From Symbiobacterium thermophilum (lineage in GTDB: Bacteria; Bacillota; Sulfobacillia; UBA995): 64,000 bases of DNA. The notes beneath the pieces are model-generated. The model was not told where the DNA came from, did not search any database, and saw only the letters and a list, made by a program, of their open reading frames with translations. Where the stretch lies: contig DYFO01000004.1 in NCBI GenBank assembly GCA_020725145.1, forward strand, positions 2,042 through 66,041. The letters are read 5' to 3'. The position numbers were made by a program, and so were the translations under genes. Positions 9,733 to 19,336 of this stretch are shown in pieces. Every line of letters starts with the position of its first letter. The stretch's first letter is position 1.

Positions 9733-10854
9733 TCAGCCCGGGCCCGAGCGGTCTCCGGCACCTCTTCCGTCGCGTCCCCGGGGTCTGAGGGCGAGAGGCC
9801 GCAAGAGATCCCGAAACTCGGTGCGCCAGAACTGCCTGGCCCTGTCGGCAGCGGCCGGCCAGCTACCGGTAGCCACATACAGGTACAGCGCCACGGCGGC
9901 GGCGGCGAGGAGCAGGAAGACGAGCAGGGCGCGCAGGGCCCCGGTACCCTCGGGGCCCCCGGCTCCCAGCACCGCCGGGAGGACGTCGGCGAACAGGGCC
10001 GCCCCCTCCTCCGCCTCGTCGCGGTGATTGCGGTGGGCGCCGATCTCCAAAAGCAGCGTCCGGCTTCCCAGATCCTGGTTGTAGCTGCCGCGCCCCACGA
10101 AGATCCCCCGGATCAGACCGGGATGGAAGCGATCGGCGGTCTGCTTGATCTCCCTCGCCCACGACACCACGGCGTCGCGGGCCGGGTTCTGGCGCCCGAC
10201 CACCAGCATCACCTGAGTCACCGCAGTGCCCGCCACCTCGGTGCGGTAGGCCTCGGGGGGAGTGGTGTCACGGTGCACGTCCAGGAGCACCGTGGCGCCC
10301 CGCCGCACAAGACCCACCGCAGTGCGCCGTGACCGGCGATAGGCGGCGGCGTCGTGGGGCTCGTGCAGCGTGCGGTCGTGAATGGCGCGTACCCCGCGCT
10401 CCTCCAGGGCCCGCGCCAGCGTGTCGCCCACTTCCAGGATGCCGCCTCCACCCCGGCGCGATGCGGTGCCTTCGGTGGGAACGTAGGATTCGTCGCTGTG
10501 TGTGTGATAGATGCCCACGACCACCGGTCGGCGCCGGGCGGCCAGCTCGAGCAGGCCGGCAAGTCGCGGGCTGCGGCGCGAGGCTCGGGGCGAAGTGAGT
10601 TCGACATCCTCCACGAATACGGCGTACGCCGTGCTTCCGTCCACTCGGACCACGCGGTAAAGCTGATTTCGCGCATTCAGGTATTCATCACCGGGATGGA
10701 CCACCAGGCCGGTCACCAGCACGACCTCGTCCGTGCCCTCAAGCAACACATGACAGGGAGATTCGGCCGGGAGCTCCTCGTGCGCCCTCGCCGCCCGCAC
10801 CGGGGCGAAGAGGAGCATCGCGGCCACCGCGCAGGCTAGCAGCCTGCTAACCAT
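9733..10854 (-). CDS. spoIIP: Stage II sporulation protein P family amidase/autolysin
   Basis: IYHTHSDESY, AYRRSRRT, LDVHRD, YNQDL...LLEIG; N-terminal signal and C-terminal TM segment. Confidence 0.88.
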   Translation of the reverse strand: MVSRLLACAVAAMLLFAPVRAARAHEELPAESPCHVLLEGTDEVVLVTGLVVHPGDEYLNARNQLYRVVRVDGSTAYAVFVEDVELTSPRASRRSPRLAGLLELAARRRPVVVGIYHTHSDESYVPTEGTASRRGGGGILEVGDTLARALEERGVRAIHDRTLHEPHDAAAYRRSRRTAVGLVRRGATVLLDVHRDTTPPEAYRTEVAGTAVTQVMLVVGRQNPARDAVVSWAREIKQTADRFHPGLIRGIFVGRGSYNQDLGSRTLLLEIGAHRNHRDEAEEGAALFADVLPAVLGAGGPEGTGALRALLVFLLLAAAAVALYLYVATGSWPAAADRARQFWRTEFRDLLRPLALRPRGRDGRGAGDRSGPG

Positions 10855-11560
10855 GCTCACGCTCCCCCCCGTCGTGTTCCAGCTCTTGCAGTGCGCCCAG
10901 ACGGGTCTGTCCGGGCGCCCGGTCGCCGGGGGCCGGTCCTCCCCCCAGGCGTTCGCGTGTTTCCCCGACCACCTCTGCAAGTCCCACGGCGAGAATGCCG
11001 GCGAAAACGGTGGCGTCAAAGGCACCGGCGCCTCCCAGCCACGCCCGACCGCGTATGCCGCTGAGCACCAGCTCGACGAAGTGGGCCACGTCGGCCAGCA
11101 CGATCCCCAGGATGCCGCCGACGAAAGCCGCCCGCCGCGAGCGTCCGGCCAGGTAGCCGATGACCCCTGCTACCGCTCCGAAGAGATAGGTCGGCTCCAG
11201 CAGCATCGTCTCGGGCTCGGCGGCACGGCCGCTAAGCACGTAGCGGCCCAGCACGTAGATGCCGGCCCCACTGACCAGTGCGGCGACCGTGCCCCGACGT
11301 TTCTCGGCCGCGGTGTCCGCGGTGGCCAGCAACCAGAGGGTAACCCCGATGGGGACCAGGGCTCCGCCCACGTTGACCAGCAGGTGGACCGGACGTCGGA
11401 CCAGCAGCAGGTTGAAGAAGCTGCCCACCAGGAGAAGCCCAATGATCACCAGGGCGGCCCGGTCGGTGAGGCGCATGCGATCGAGCACACGATGCAGGAC
11501 GCCGAAGTAGACCAGGATGGCTGCCACCAGCAATACCACGGTGCCCGTGGGCATGGCCAC
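10847..11560 (-). CDS. DUF1614 domain membrane protein
   Basis: RVLDRMRLTD, NVGGALVP, GRSRRAAF, GGAGAFD motifs. Confidence 0.8.
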   Translation of the reverse strand: MAMPTGTVVLLVAAILVYFGVLHRVLDRMRLTDRAALVIIGLLLVGSFFNLLLVRRPVHLLVNVGGALVPIGVTLWLLATADTAAEKRRGTVAALVSGAGIYVLGRYVLSGRAAEPETMLLEPTYLFGAVAGVIGYLAGRSRRAAFVGGILGIVLADVAHFVELVLSGIRGRAWLGGAGAFDATVFAGILAVGLAEVVGETRERLGGGPAPGDRAPGQTRLGALQELEHDGGEREHG

Positions 11561-11582
11561 CCCTCCCGGAGAATGCTCGGCG

Positions 11583-13847
11583 TTAGCCTTTCCCCGGGGG
11601 CTTGCGTTTACTCCTCCGTTGCTTGCGTGCGGCCGGCGAGGGGAACTCGAAGCTCAGTCGGCCCTCGCTGTTGAGGACGAGGTAGGCAGCGAAGCGGCGA
11701 CCGGTCCGCGAGCGGAAACCGCGTAGCAGCCCCGTCCGTCCCCGGCTAAGCAGTAGCGCCGCCTGGCGCGAACTAAGTTTGTACCCCGCCACCGTCCGCG
11801 AGAAATGAAAGGGGCAGGAAGTGGTCTTCCAGTTGCTGCAGCCCCAGACCTGCCAGCGTTCCACCACCGGAGCGCCGCAGCGCGGGCAGCTCCCCACGCT
11901 GCGGACCATGCCGGCGGCCAGGCCCTCCGCATCGAGGCGCTTGATTTGCTCCACGAGGTCGCGCGTGAACGCGCGGATGTCTTTCATGAACCGGTCGCGC
12001 TCCTCGCTTCCTTCCTCTATCTCGCGAAGACGCCTCTCCCAGCGGCCGGTGAGTGAAACCGAAGTCAGCTCCCGCACCGGCAAGCGGGCGATCAGCTCCA
12101 TGCCTTTTGGTGTGGGTCGCAGTGCCCTGCCCTCACGCTCAACGTAACCCACTTCCAGCAACCGTTCGATGATCGCGGCTCGGGTTGCCGGGGTGCCGAT
12201 GCCCTCCTCGCGCATGGCTTCGGCCAGGTCTTCTTCTTCGACCAGCGATCCCGCGGTTTCCATGACCCGTAAGAGCGAGGCTTCGGTGTAACGTGCGGGA
12301 GGTCGGGTGGTGCCCGTTTCGACCGCCGCCTGTGCCGTCATCACCGCCATGCCGGCCTCGAGGGGAGGCAGCTCGACGGTCTCGTCCGCCGAGGGCTGCA
12401 GCACCCGCCACCCTTGCTGCAGCACCACCTGGCCTTCGCTGCGGAAGCGATCCTCCCCCACCACCGTTTCCACCCGGGTTGCCTCGGTGACGTACGAGGG
12501 CAGGAAGGAGGCGACGAATCGGCGCACCACCGCCTCGTAGATCCGCCCCTTGTCACCACGGGGGCCGCCGTCGGCAGGAGCGCGCGGGGTGGGAATGATG
12601 GCGTGGTGATCCTTCACGCGGGCGGGGTTCACCAGTCTGCCGGTTACCGGGAGGCGCCCGCGGGCAAGCAGTTCGCGGGCCGCGGCGGCGACAGGGCCTT
12701 CCCCGGCCGCCACGACCGTCATGAGCCGCGGTAGCAGCGGGACGAGTTCCGGTGTGAGGAAGCGACTGGCGGTGCGGGGATAGGTGATTAGCTTGTCACG
12801 TTCATAAAGCTCCTGGGCAAGCTGCAAGGTCTTGCTGGCGCTGAATCCGTAAGCCCGGTTCATCTCTCGTTGCAGGTCGGTCAAGTCGTGCAGCAGGTGT
12901 GGGGGCTGGGTGCGGCGGCTCTTGGTCACCCGACCAACCATCCCCGGCTTTCCCTGCACCCGGGCCAAGATCTCCAGGGCCTCGGCTTCCGACCAGAGCT
13001 CGGCCTCGTCGCCGCGATACCAGGTGCCGCGGTATTCCCCCCGTTCGCTTTGGAAGGTGACGATCACCCTCCAAAACGGGCACGGCCGGAAATCGGCGAT
13101 CTCCTTCTCGCGTTGCACGAGCAGCGCAAGCGTGGGAGTCTGTACCCTACCCACGGACACAAGTGTTAAGGAGCGCTTGGACATCGCACGGGTGGCGTTG
13201 ATGCCCACCAGCCAGTCGCTCTCGCTGCGGCACCTGGCGGCGGCGGCCAGACGGTCGAGTTCCTCGCCGGCCCGCAACCGGCGGAAGCCTTCACGGATGG
13301 CCTCGTCGGTCAGCGAGGAGATCCAGAGGCGCCTGACCGGCAAGGTGCAGCCGGAGAGCTCATAGAGGTAACGAAAGATCAGCTCGCCTTCGCGCCCGGC
13401 ATCGCAAGCGTTGACCACGAGCCCCACGTCGGGGCGGCCAAGAAGCTGGGCAACGGTAGCGAAATGGTCCCGGGTGCGGGCCACCGGGCGGAGGCGAAAC
13501 TGCTCGGGGAGGATGGGCAGCGAAGCAAGCCGCCAGGTCTTCCAGGCCGGATCGTAGTCCTCCGGCTCTGCCAGCTCCACAAGGTGGCCGATGGCCCACG
13601 AGATCAGGAGGCGATCGTTTTCCAGCCACCCCTGCCTCGGCGTGAAACGGCCCAGGACCCTTGCCAGGTCCCGGGCCACGCTGGGTTTCTCCGCGATCAC
13701 GAGTGCTCTCTGACCGGGCAAGAGCCACGCGTCGAGGGGGGTGGACGGCGAGGCCTCCCCGTCCTCGGGCGGTTCGGCGGCGTCAAGCGTCGTGTTCGGG
13801 TTCGCCGGACGGCGCGTGTTCGGAGATTTCCGAGGACTTTTCCCCAT
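11583..13847 (-). CDS. topB: DNA topoisomerase III (type IA)
   Basis: IAEKPSVA, WAIGHL, NACDAGREGE, GRVQTPTL, active-site TYPRT, GIGTPATRA, C-terminal Zn ribbon. Confidence 0.93.
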   Translation of the reverse strand: MGKSPRKSPNTRRPANPNTTLDAAEPPEDGEASPSTPLDAWLLPGQRALVIAEKPSVARDLARVLGRFTPRQGWLENDRLLISWAIGHLVELAEPEDYDPAWKTWRLASLPILPEQFRLRPVARTRDHFATVAQLLGRPDVGLVVNACDAGREGELIFRYLYELSGCTLPVRRLWISSLTDEAIREGFRRLRAGEELDRLAAAARCRSESDWLVGINATRAMSKRSLTLVSVGRVQTPTLALLVQREKEIADFRPCPFWRVIVTFQSERGEYRGTWYRGDEAELWSEAEALEILARVQGKPGMVGRVTKSRRTQPPHLLHDLTDLQREMNRAYGFSASKTLQLAQELYERDKLITYPRTASRFLTPELVPLLPRLMTVVAAGEGPVAAAARELLARGRLPVTGRLVNPARVKDHHAIIPTPRAPADGGPRGDKGRIYEAVVRRFVASFLPSYVTEATRVETVVGEDRFRSEGQVVLQQGWRVLQPSADETVELPPLEAGMAVMTAQAAVETGTTRPPARYTEASLLRVMETAGSLVEEEDLAEAMREEGIGTPATRAAIIERLLEVGYVEREGRALRPTPKGMELIARLPVRELTSVSLTGRWERRLREIEEGSEERDRFMKDIRAFTRDLVEQIKRLDAEGLAAGMVRSVGSCPRCGAPVVERWQVWGCSNWKTTSCPFHFSRTVAGYKLSSRQAALLLSRGRTGLLRGFRSRTGRRFAAYLVLNSEGRLSFEFPSPAARKQRRSKRKPPGKG
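11584..11613 (-). promoter_or_regulatory. Putative sigma-F/G promoter of DUF1614-spoIIP-YIEGIA operon
   Basis: GAGTA-N15-GGAAAGGCTA, same architecture as the dacF and ytfI promoters in this window. Confidence 0.45.
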
Positions 13848-15918
13848 GGGCCTTCTCCCTCTCGGTGAAGAGGTTACCGAAGACCTCTCCCAGGGTTACC
13901 CGATCGGACTTGTGCTCGGCCATGTACTTGCGCAATTGCGCCCTCTCCGCGTCCTGTTCGGCCTCGCGCATGCTGAGGCTGATCCGCTTGGCGCGAGGAT
14001 TCACCTTCAGGACCTTGACGCGGACGCGGTCGCCGACCGACACCACCTGTTCGGCCTTCTCGATCCGGCGATCGGACAGCTGTGAGAGGTGAACCAGTCC
14101 CTCAATGCCCGGTTCCAGCTCCACGAAGGCACCGAAGCTCGCAAGGCTGACCACCTTCCCCTCAAACAGGGCGCCGGTCGGATAGCGGCGGTCAATGCCG
14201 TCCCAGGGATCGCCTTCCAGTTGCTTGAGGCCCAGGGAGATGCGCTTGCGCTCGCGGTCCAGCTTCAGCACCTTGCAGCGGATCTGTTGCCCTTCCTGCA
14301 CTACCTCCTGAGGGTGGTTGACCCGACCCCAGGACAGCTCGGAAACGTGCAGCAATCCGTCCGCTCCGCCGAGGTCGACGAAGGCCCCAAAACCGGTCAA
14401 CCGCCTGACGGTGCCTTCCACCACCTGGCCTTCCGCCAGCGTCGACCAGACCTCCTCCTCGCGGCGGGCTTGTTCCTCCTCGAGGACCGCCCGTTCCGAA
14501 AGCACCACCCGCCGCTGGGGGCGGTCGACCTCGATGACGCGCAGGCGCAACGTTCGTCCCACATAGGGCTTCAGGTCGCGGATGAAGGACAGGCCGACCT
14601 GAGAGGCCGGCAAAAATCCGCGCAGGCCCACGTCGACGATGAGTCCCCCCTTCACCTGGGCGGTCACCGGTGCTTCGATGATCGCCCCCGCGGTGTGGGC
14701 TTCCTCCAGTCGTTGCCAGGCCAGTTCCTGCTCGGCGCGCCGACGTGACAGGCGCACGGTGCCTTCATGCTCGTCGACACCCAGCACGTACACCGGGATC
14801 TCCTCGCCCACGCCGACCACCGTGGCGGGGTCGGCGACCGGTCTTGTGGAGAGCTCGGCCACCGGAACCACTCCCTCGGCCTTGCCCCCGATGTCGACCA
14901 GCACGTGGGTGGGTTCGACGGCCACTACCGTGCCCCACAGCAACTGCCCGCGCTGGAAACTCGGCGCCGATGCTTCGGTCATCGTTACCGGTTGCTCGGA
15001 CGGTTCGAGCACGCCTTCGCCACCTCCCGGCTCCGTATGGGCCGTGTGCTCAGCTTCGCCGGGCATAGTCCGCCTTGCCGCCTCGTCGATCTCCCGCATC
15101 CTCGCCAATACCTCCTCGATGGCCCCTTGGGGGGTGGAGGTGCCGGCGGTGACTCCCACCCGTTCCACGCTTTTGAACCAGGCGGGGTCCACCTCCCGTC
15201 CGCTCTCCACATGGTACACGCGCACGCCGGTCGCCGCCGCGGCTTGTGCCAACCTGCGGGTGTTGGCGCTCTCGCGTCCCCCCACTACCAGCATCAATTC
15301 GACCTTCTGCGCAAGCGCACGAGCTTCCTGCTGCCGACGACGGGTGATGGGGCAGAGCGTATCGCGCACCTCGACGCTGGCGCCAAGGCGTCGGAGCGCC
15401 TCCACCACCTCCCGCACGACTTCCGGCCGCTCGGTGGTCTGGGCCAGCACGGCGACGTGAGGCCGGATGGAAAGTCGTGAGACCTCGTCTGCGTCCCGCA
15501 CCACCACCGCCCGGTGACCGCTCCAGGCGACGATGGACAGCACCTCGGCATGGCCCGGATCCCCGACCACCACCACCTGGCAATCGCGGTCGGCCAGTTC
15601 CCTGGCGGCCTGCTGAGCCCGTCGCACCAGTGGACAGGTGGCGTCCACCACGCGGACTCCCTTGCTCGCGGCAGTGACGGCCACGTCGGGAGCCGCGCCG
15701 TGCGAGGGCAGCACCAGCACGCCGCGGTCGACCTCGCAGAGGTCGTGCACCACCTGCAGGCCGTGACGCACGAGCTCCGCGACCACCTGCGGGTTGTGTA
15801 TCGGCGGCCCGAGCACCTGCACGGGGAAAGCTCCCGCGGCCAGTGCCTCCTCGACGGCCTTCACGGCAAGCCTTACGCCACGGCAAAAGCCGGCATCGGG
15901 AGCCAGCCAAACCTTCAA
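13783..15918 (-). CDS. ispH: Bifunctional IspH (HMBPP reductase) / ribosomal protein S1
   Basis: GFC.GV, HNPQV, DATCPLV, H.EV, QTT, SANT, TAGTSTP followed by four S1 repeats; TTG start overlaps the plsC stop. Confidence 0.93.
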   Translation of the reverse strand: MKVWLAPDAGFCRGVRLAVKAVEEALAAGAFPVQVLGPPIHNPQVVAELVRHGLQVVHDLCEVDRGVLVLPSHGAAPDVAVTAASKGVRVVDATCPLVRRAQQAARELADRDCQVVVVGDPGHAEVLSIVAWSGHRAVVVRDADEVSRLSIRPHVAVLAQTTERPEVVREVVEALRRLGASVEVRDTLCPITRRRQQEARALAQKVELMLVVGGRESANTRRLAQAAAATGVRVYHVESGREVDPAWFKSVERVGVTAGTSTPQGAIEEVLARMREIDEAARRTMPGEAEHTAHTEPGGGEGVLEPSEQPVTMTEASAPSFQRGQLLWGTVVAVEPTHVLVDIGGKAEGVVPVAELSTRPVADPATVVGVGEEIPVYVLGVDEHEGTVRLSRRRAEQELAWQRLEEAHTAGAIIEAPVTAQVKGGLIVDVGLRGFLPASQVGLSFIRDLKPYVGRTLRLRVIEVDRPQRRVVLSERAVLEEEQARREEEVWSTLAEGQVVEGTVRRLTGFGAFVDLGGADGLLHVSELSWGRVNHPQEVVQEGQQIRCKVLKLDRERKRISLGLKQLEGDPWDGIDRRYPTGALFEGKVVSLASFGAFVELEPGIEGLVHLSQLSDRRIEKAEQVVSVGDRVRVKVLKVNPRAKRISLSMREAEQDAERAQLRKYMAEHKSDRVTLGEVFGNLFTEREKAHGEKSSEISEHAPSGEPEHDA

Positions 15919-16520
15919 GCCCCCGTCCCCTCCTGCTCGGCGCATGCGAGCAACTCGCGGATGCGTTCCATGATAACGTCGCTCTGGCGCGCAAGCCACG
16001 CCGACGTCGGCTTGCCGTCGGGCGGTGGAGGAAGCCGGAACGGCTCGCCGAAGCGTACGGTAAGCCGCGCCCGAAACCGGTAGCTGCCGGTTATCGCCGC
16101 CGGGATAACGGGTGCTCCCGACCGGGCCGCCAAAAGCGCGGCGCCCGGTTCGGCAGGCCCCAGTCTGCCGGTCCGGCTTCGGGTGCCTTCGGGGAAGATG
16201 CCCACCATCCTGCCCGCGTCCAGAAGCCGCAACGTATGCCGCAGGGCCGCGCGGTCCGGTTTACCGCGCCTCACGGGAAAGGCTCCTACCTGGCGGAAAA
16301 GGAACCCAAGCGGGGGAAAGCGGAAAAGCTCTTCCTTGGCCATGAAGTAAATGGGGCGCGGGCTGGCGATCCCCAGCGACACCGGATCGGCCCAGGCTAT
16401 GTGATTGCAGCACACCAGGGCCGGGCCCCGGGCGGGAAGATGTTCGGTACCCGCCCGGCGCCACCGGAACACCAGGGGCCAGGCAAGGCGAAAGAGCGAT
16501 CTGACCGCCGCGTACAGCAG
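15915..16520 (-). CDS. plsC: 1-acyl-sn-glycerol-3-phosphate acyltransferase
   Basis: NHIAWADP, FMAKEELF, FPEGTRS; probable CTG start at 16520 after GGAGG. Confidence 0.9.
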   Translation of the reverse strand: MLYAAVRSLFRLAWPLVFRWRRAGTEHLPARGPALVCCNHIAWADPVSLGIASPRPIYFMAKEELFRFPPLGFLFRQVGAFPVRRGKPDRAALRHTLRLLDAGRMVGIFPEGTRSRTGRLGPAEPGAALLAARSGAPVIPAAITGSYRFRARLTVRFGEPFRLPPPPDGKPTSAWLARQSDVIMERIRELLACAEQEGTGA

Positions 16521-16521
16521 C

Positions 16522-17217
16522 CTAGTGCCTCCCGGATACGCCGCGGCACCGTTCCAGCAGGTCCTCTACCACTTCTTCCACCTTTCTGCCCGTCGTGTCC
16601 ACGATCGCGGCGTCGTCGGCCGGAACCAGCGGATCTGTCGTGCGCTCGCTGTCCAGCCGGTCCCGCAGGGTCATCTCGGCCTCCAATTCCGCAAGCTCGA
16701 CCTGATATCCTTTCGCCAGTAATTCCCGGTACCTTCTCAGGGTACGCTCCTTGGGCGATGCCGTCAGGAAGAACTTGCAGTCGGCGCCGGGGAGGACCAC
16801 CGTTCCAACGTCACGGCCCTCCATAACGATCCCGCCGCCGGCCGCCAAGGCTCTTTGCATCCTGACCATCTGCCTGCGCACACCGGGGACCATGGCCACG
16901 TAGGACACCGCCCGGCTGACCTCAGGGCTGCGGATCTCCTCGCTGACGTCCCGGCCGTCAAGCAGCGTCAACGTGCGACCTTCCGCGCTTTCCACGGCGA
17001 TCGACGTGGTGGCCGCCAGCTCCTCAAGCGCCACCGGGTCGTGGAGGTCAATCCCTAGACGCAGGGCCTTTAAGGCAAGCGCACGGTACATCGCCCCGGT
17101 GTCCGCGTATCGGTAGCCCAGGCGTTCGGCCAGCAGCCGTGCCACCGTGCTCTTGCCGGCGGCGGCGGGACCGTCCACCGCGATGCAGAGGCGCCCGACG
17201 GCGTCTTCGGTACCCAT
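16522..17217 (-). CDS. cmk: Cytidylate kinase
   Basis: IAVDGPAAAGKST, DTGAMYRA, VMEGRDVGTVV. Confidence 0.96.
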   Translation of the reverse strand: MGTEDAVGRLCIAVDGPAAAGKSTVARLLAERLGYRYADTGAMYRALALKALRLGIDLHDPVALEELAATTSIAVESAEGRTLTLLDGRDVSEEIRSPEVSRAVSYVAMVPGVRRQMVRMQRALAAGGGIVMEGRDVGTVVLPGADCKFFLTASPKERTLRRYRELLAKGYQVELAELEAEMTLRDRLDSERTTDPLVPADDAAIVDTTGRKVEEVVEDLLERCRGVSGRH

Positions 17218-17220
17218 CGT

Positions 17221-18402
17221 CTATTCGGCCAGCGCCTGCTCGAAGTCTTCCACGAGGTCGGCCAGGCTTTCGATGCCCACCGACACCCGCAGCAGGGCAC
17301 CGGAGATGCCCAGCGCCTCGAGCTCTTCGGCCGGAAGGTAACGGTGCGAGGATCGCAGGGGATGGGACACGGTCGTATTGACCCCTCCCAGACTGGGGGC
17401 CAGGCGGACGAGGCGCAGGCGCCGGATCATGCGGTCCACGGCCGCTTCCCCTCCGGCCAGTTCCAGGCTGAGCATGCCGCCGAATCTGCCCCCGAAGAGC
17501 CGTGCCGCCAGGTGGTGCTGGGGATGCTCGGGCAGCCCGGGGTAGTGCACGCGGGCCACCCGGGGATGGCCGGCCAGCCACTGGGCCAGGCCCATGGCGT
17601 TGGCGCACTGCCTTTCCACCCGCAGTGGCAGCGTGCGCAGACCCCGCAAGGCCAACCAGGCGGCGAAGGGATCCAGCGAGGCACCCAGGCGGGCCACGAG
17701 GCGGCCTATACGGGAAAGTTGTTCGGCGGTGCCGGTCACCACTCCCGCGGTCACGTCGTCGTGCCCGGCCAGGTACTTGGTGGCGCTGTGCAGGGTGAGC
17801 GTCACTCCCAGAGAAGCCGACTGGAGCAGCACGGGCGTGGCGAAGGTGTTGTCGAGCACGAGGTGGAGCTTTCGCCGTCGGGCCACCTCCACAAGATCGG
17901 GGATGGGAGCAAGCCGCAGGGTGGGGTTACTGAGCGTCTCGCAGACGATCAACCGGGTATGGGAGTTGACGGCTGCCTCGAAGCGGTCGGCATCGGTTCC
18001 CGGCACAAAGCTTGTGCCGATGCCGAGCCGGCCGAGCTCCTCGCCCAGCAGCGTGCGCGTTCCCCCATATACTTCGCGGGCCGAGACAACGTGGTCGCCC
18101 TCGCGGGCCAGTGCCAGCACGGTGGCGGCAAGTGCCGCCATGCCCGAGGCGCAGGCCACGCCACAGGGGTGGCCCTCCAGGGCGGCCACCACGGCAGCCA
18201 GGGCCTGAGCGTTGGGGTTGCCTTCCCGCGAGTAATAATACCCTCCGACTTCCCCTGACATCACCCGGTCGAGTTCCGGCAGTCCCGGAAAGGCAAAGGT
18301 GCTGGACTGCACGATCGGCGGGGCCAGCGGCGATCCCGCTTCCTCGGGCGAAGAGGCATCGGCGTGCAGGGCGACCGTGGCGAGCCGGTAACGGTGGTTC
18401 AC
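17221..18402 (-). CDS. PLP-dependent Cys/Met metabolism enzyme (cystathionine gamma-synthase/lyase or methionine gamma-lyase family)
   Basis: YSREGNP, SGMAA, ETLSNPT, DNTFATP, HSATKYLAGH (PLP Lys), LRVSVGIE; GTG start after GGAGG. Confidence 0.9.
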   Translation of the reverse strand: MNHRYRLATVALHADASSPEEAGSPLAPPIVQSSTFAFPGLPELDRVMSGEVGGYYYSREGNPNAQALAAVVAALEGHPCGVACASGMAALAATVLALAREGDHVVSAREVYGGTRTLLGEELGRLGIGTSFVPGTDADRFEAAVNSHTRLIVCETLSNPTLRLAPIPDLVEVARRRKLHLVLDNTFATPVLLQSASLGVTLTLHSATKYLAGHDDVTAGVVTGTAEQLSRIGRLVARLGASLDPFAAWLALRGLRTLPLRVERQCANAMGLAQWLAGHPRVARVHYPGLPEHPQHHLAARLFGGRFGGMLSLELAGGEAAVDRMIRRLRLVRLAPSLGGVNTTVSHPLRSSHRYLPAEELEALGISGALLRVSVGIESLADLVEDFEQALAE

Positions 18403-18418
18403 GGCACGACGACCTCCA

Positions 18419-19333
18419 TCAGCAGGGTTCCAGACGTCGCAGGCCCGCCGCACGAGCTTCTTGCAGGGCGTGGCGGTACTCCTCGGAGCGTATGTGGCGG
18501 TCGAGCGGCGGGTGTTGCCACGCGCGGTGCTCCGGCCGGTACTGCGCCATCACGTTCAAATAGGTGTCGCGCGAAACCTCTTCCGCCAGGAAGCGGACTA
18601 CCTCGCGAGTTCCGGCAAGGTTCCCCGGTAGCACGAGATGCCGGACCAAAAGACCCCGAAAGGCCACTCCCCGTTCGTCCAGCTTCAGGTCACCTACCTG
18701 TCGGTGCATCTCAAGAACGGCCGCGCGGTTGTGCTCGGGGTAATCGGGGGCCTTCGACAGGCGGCGAGCGGTGTCGGCATCGGCGTACTTCATGTCCGGC
18801 ATGTAAATGTCGACGATCCCCTCCAGAACCCGCAGGGCTTCGGACGACTCATAGCCTCCGCAGTTGTATACCAGCGGTATCCGCAGCCCCTGCGCGGCTG
18901 CGATCTCCAGCGCTTCCACGACCATCGGCGTGACGTGGGTGGGGCTCACCAGGTTGATGTTGTGGCAGCCCAGGGCCTGCAGACGAAGCATGATGGCGGC
19001 CAGCTCCCGGGGTTCGACGGATACCGCTCCTTCTCCGGACAGGCTGATCTCGTAGTTCTGGCAGAACACACAGCGCAGGACGCAGTGGGCGAAGAAAATG
19101 GTACCGGAGCCATAAGTGCCCACCAGGGGGGGCTCCTCGCCGAAATGGGGACCGTAACTGGCTACGGCTGCCCGATCACCGGTGCGGCAGACGCCGAATT
19201 GTCCGCGCCGCCGATCCACCCGGCAGTGGCGGGGGCACAGGCGACAAGGCTTGCCGAGCATGTCCTTGAGCTGCCGCGCCCGCGCGCCCAGTTCAGCCCT
19301 CCGGTCAAGTTCGAGGTATGAGGCCTCCGGCAT
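18419..19333 (-). CDS. PflX-like radical SAM protein
   Basis: CRLCPRHC, HFGEEPP, CVLRCVFCQN, HNINLVSPTH, DIYMPDMKY, VRHLVLP. Confidence 0.88.
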   Translation of the reverse strand: MPEASYLELDRRAELGARARQLKDMLGKPCRLCPRHCRVDRRRGQFGVCRTGDRAAVASYGPHFGEEPPLVGTYGSGTIFFAHCVLRCVFCQNYEISLSGEGAVSVEPRELAAIMLRLQALGCHNINLVSPTHVTPMVVEALEIAAAQGLRIPLVYNCGGYESSEALRVLEGIVDIYMPDMKYADADTARRLSKAPDYPEHNRAAVLEMHRQVGDLKLDERGVAFRGLLVRHLVLPGNLAGTREVVRFLAEEVSRDTYLNVMAQYRPEHRAWQHPPLDRHIRSEEYRHALQEARAAGLRRLEPC

Positions 19334-19336
19334 CGG

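Noticed and set aside
12765..12790. Inactive topoisomerase because of YPRTAS instead of YPRTDS
   Set aside because: The catalytic Tyr and Arg and the TOPRIM acidic residues are intact, and this position varies among TopB proteins
13783..15918. IspH-S1 fusion as a novelty
   Set aside because: This fusion is well known in clostridia and relatives
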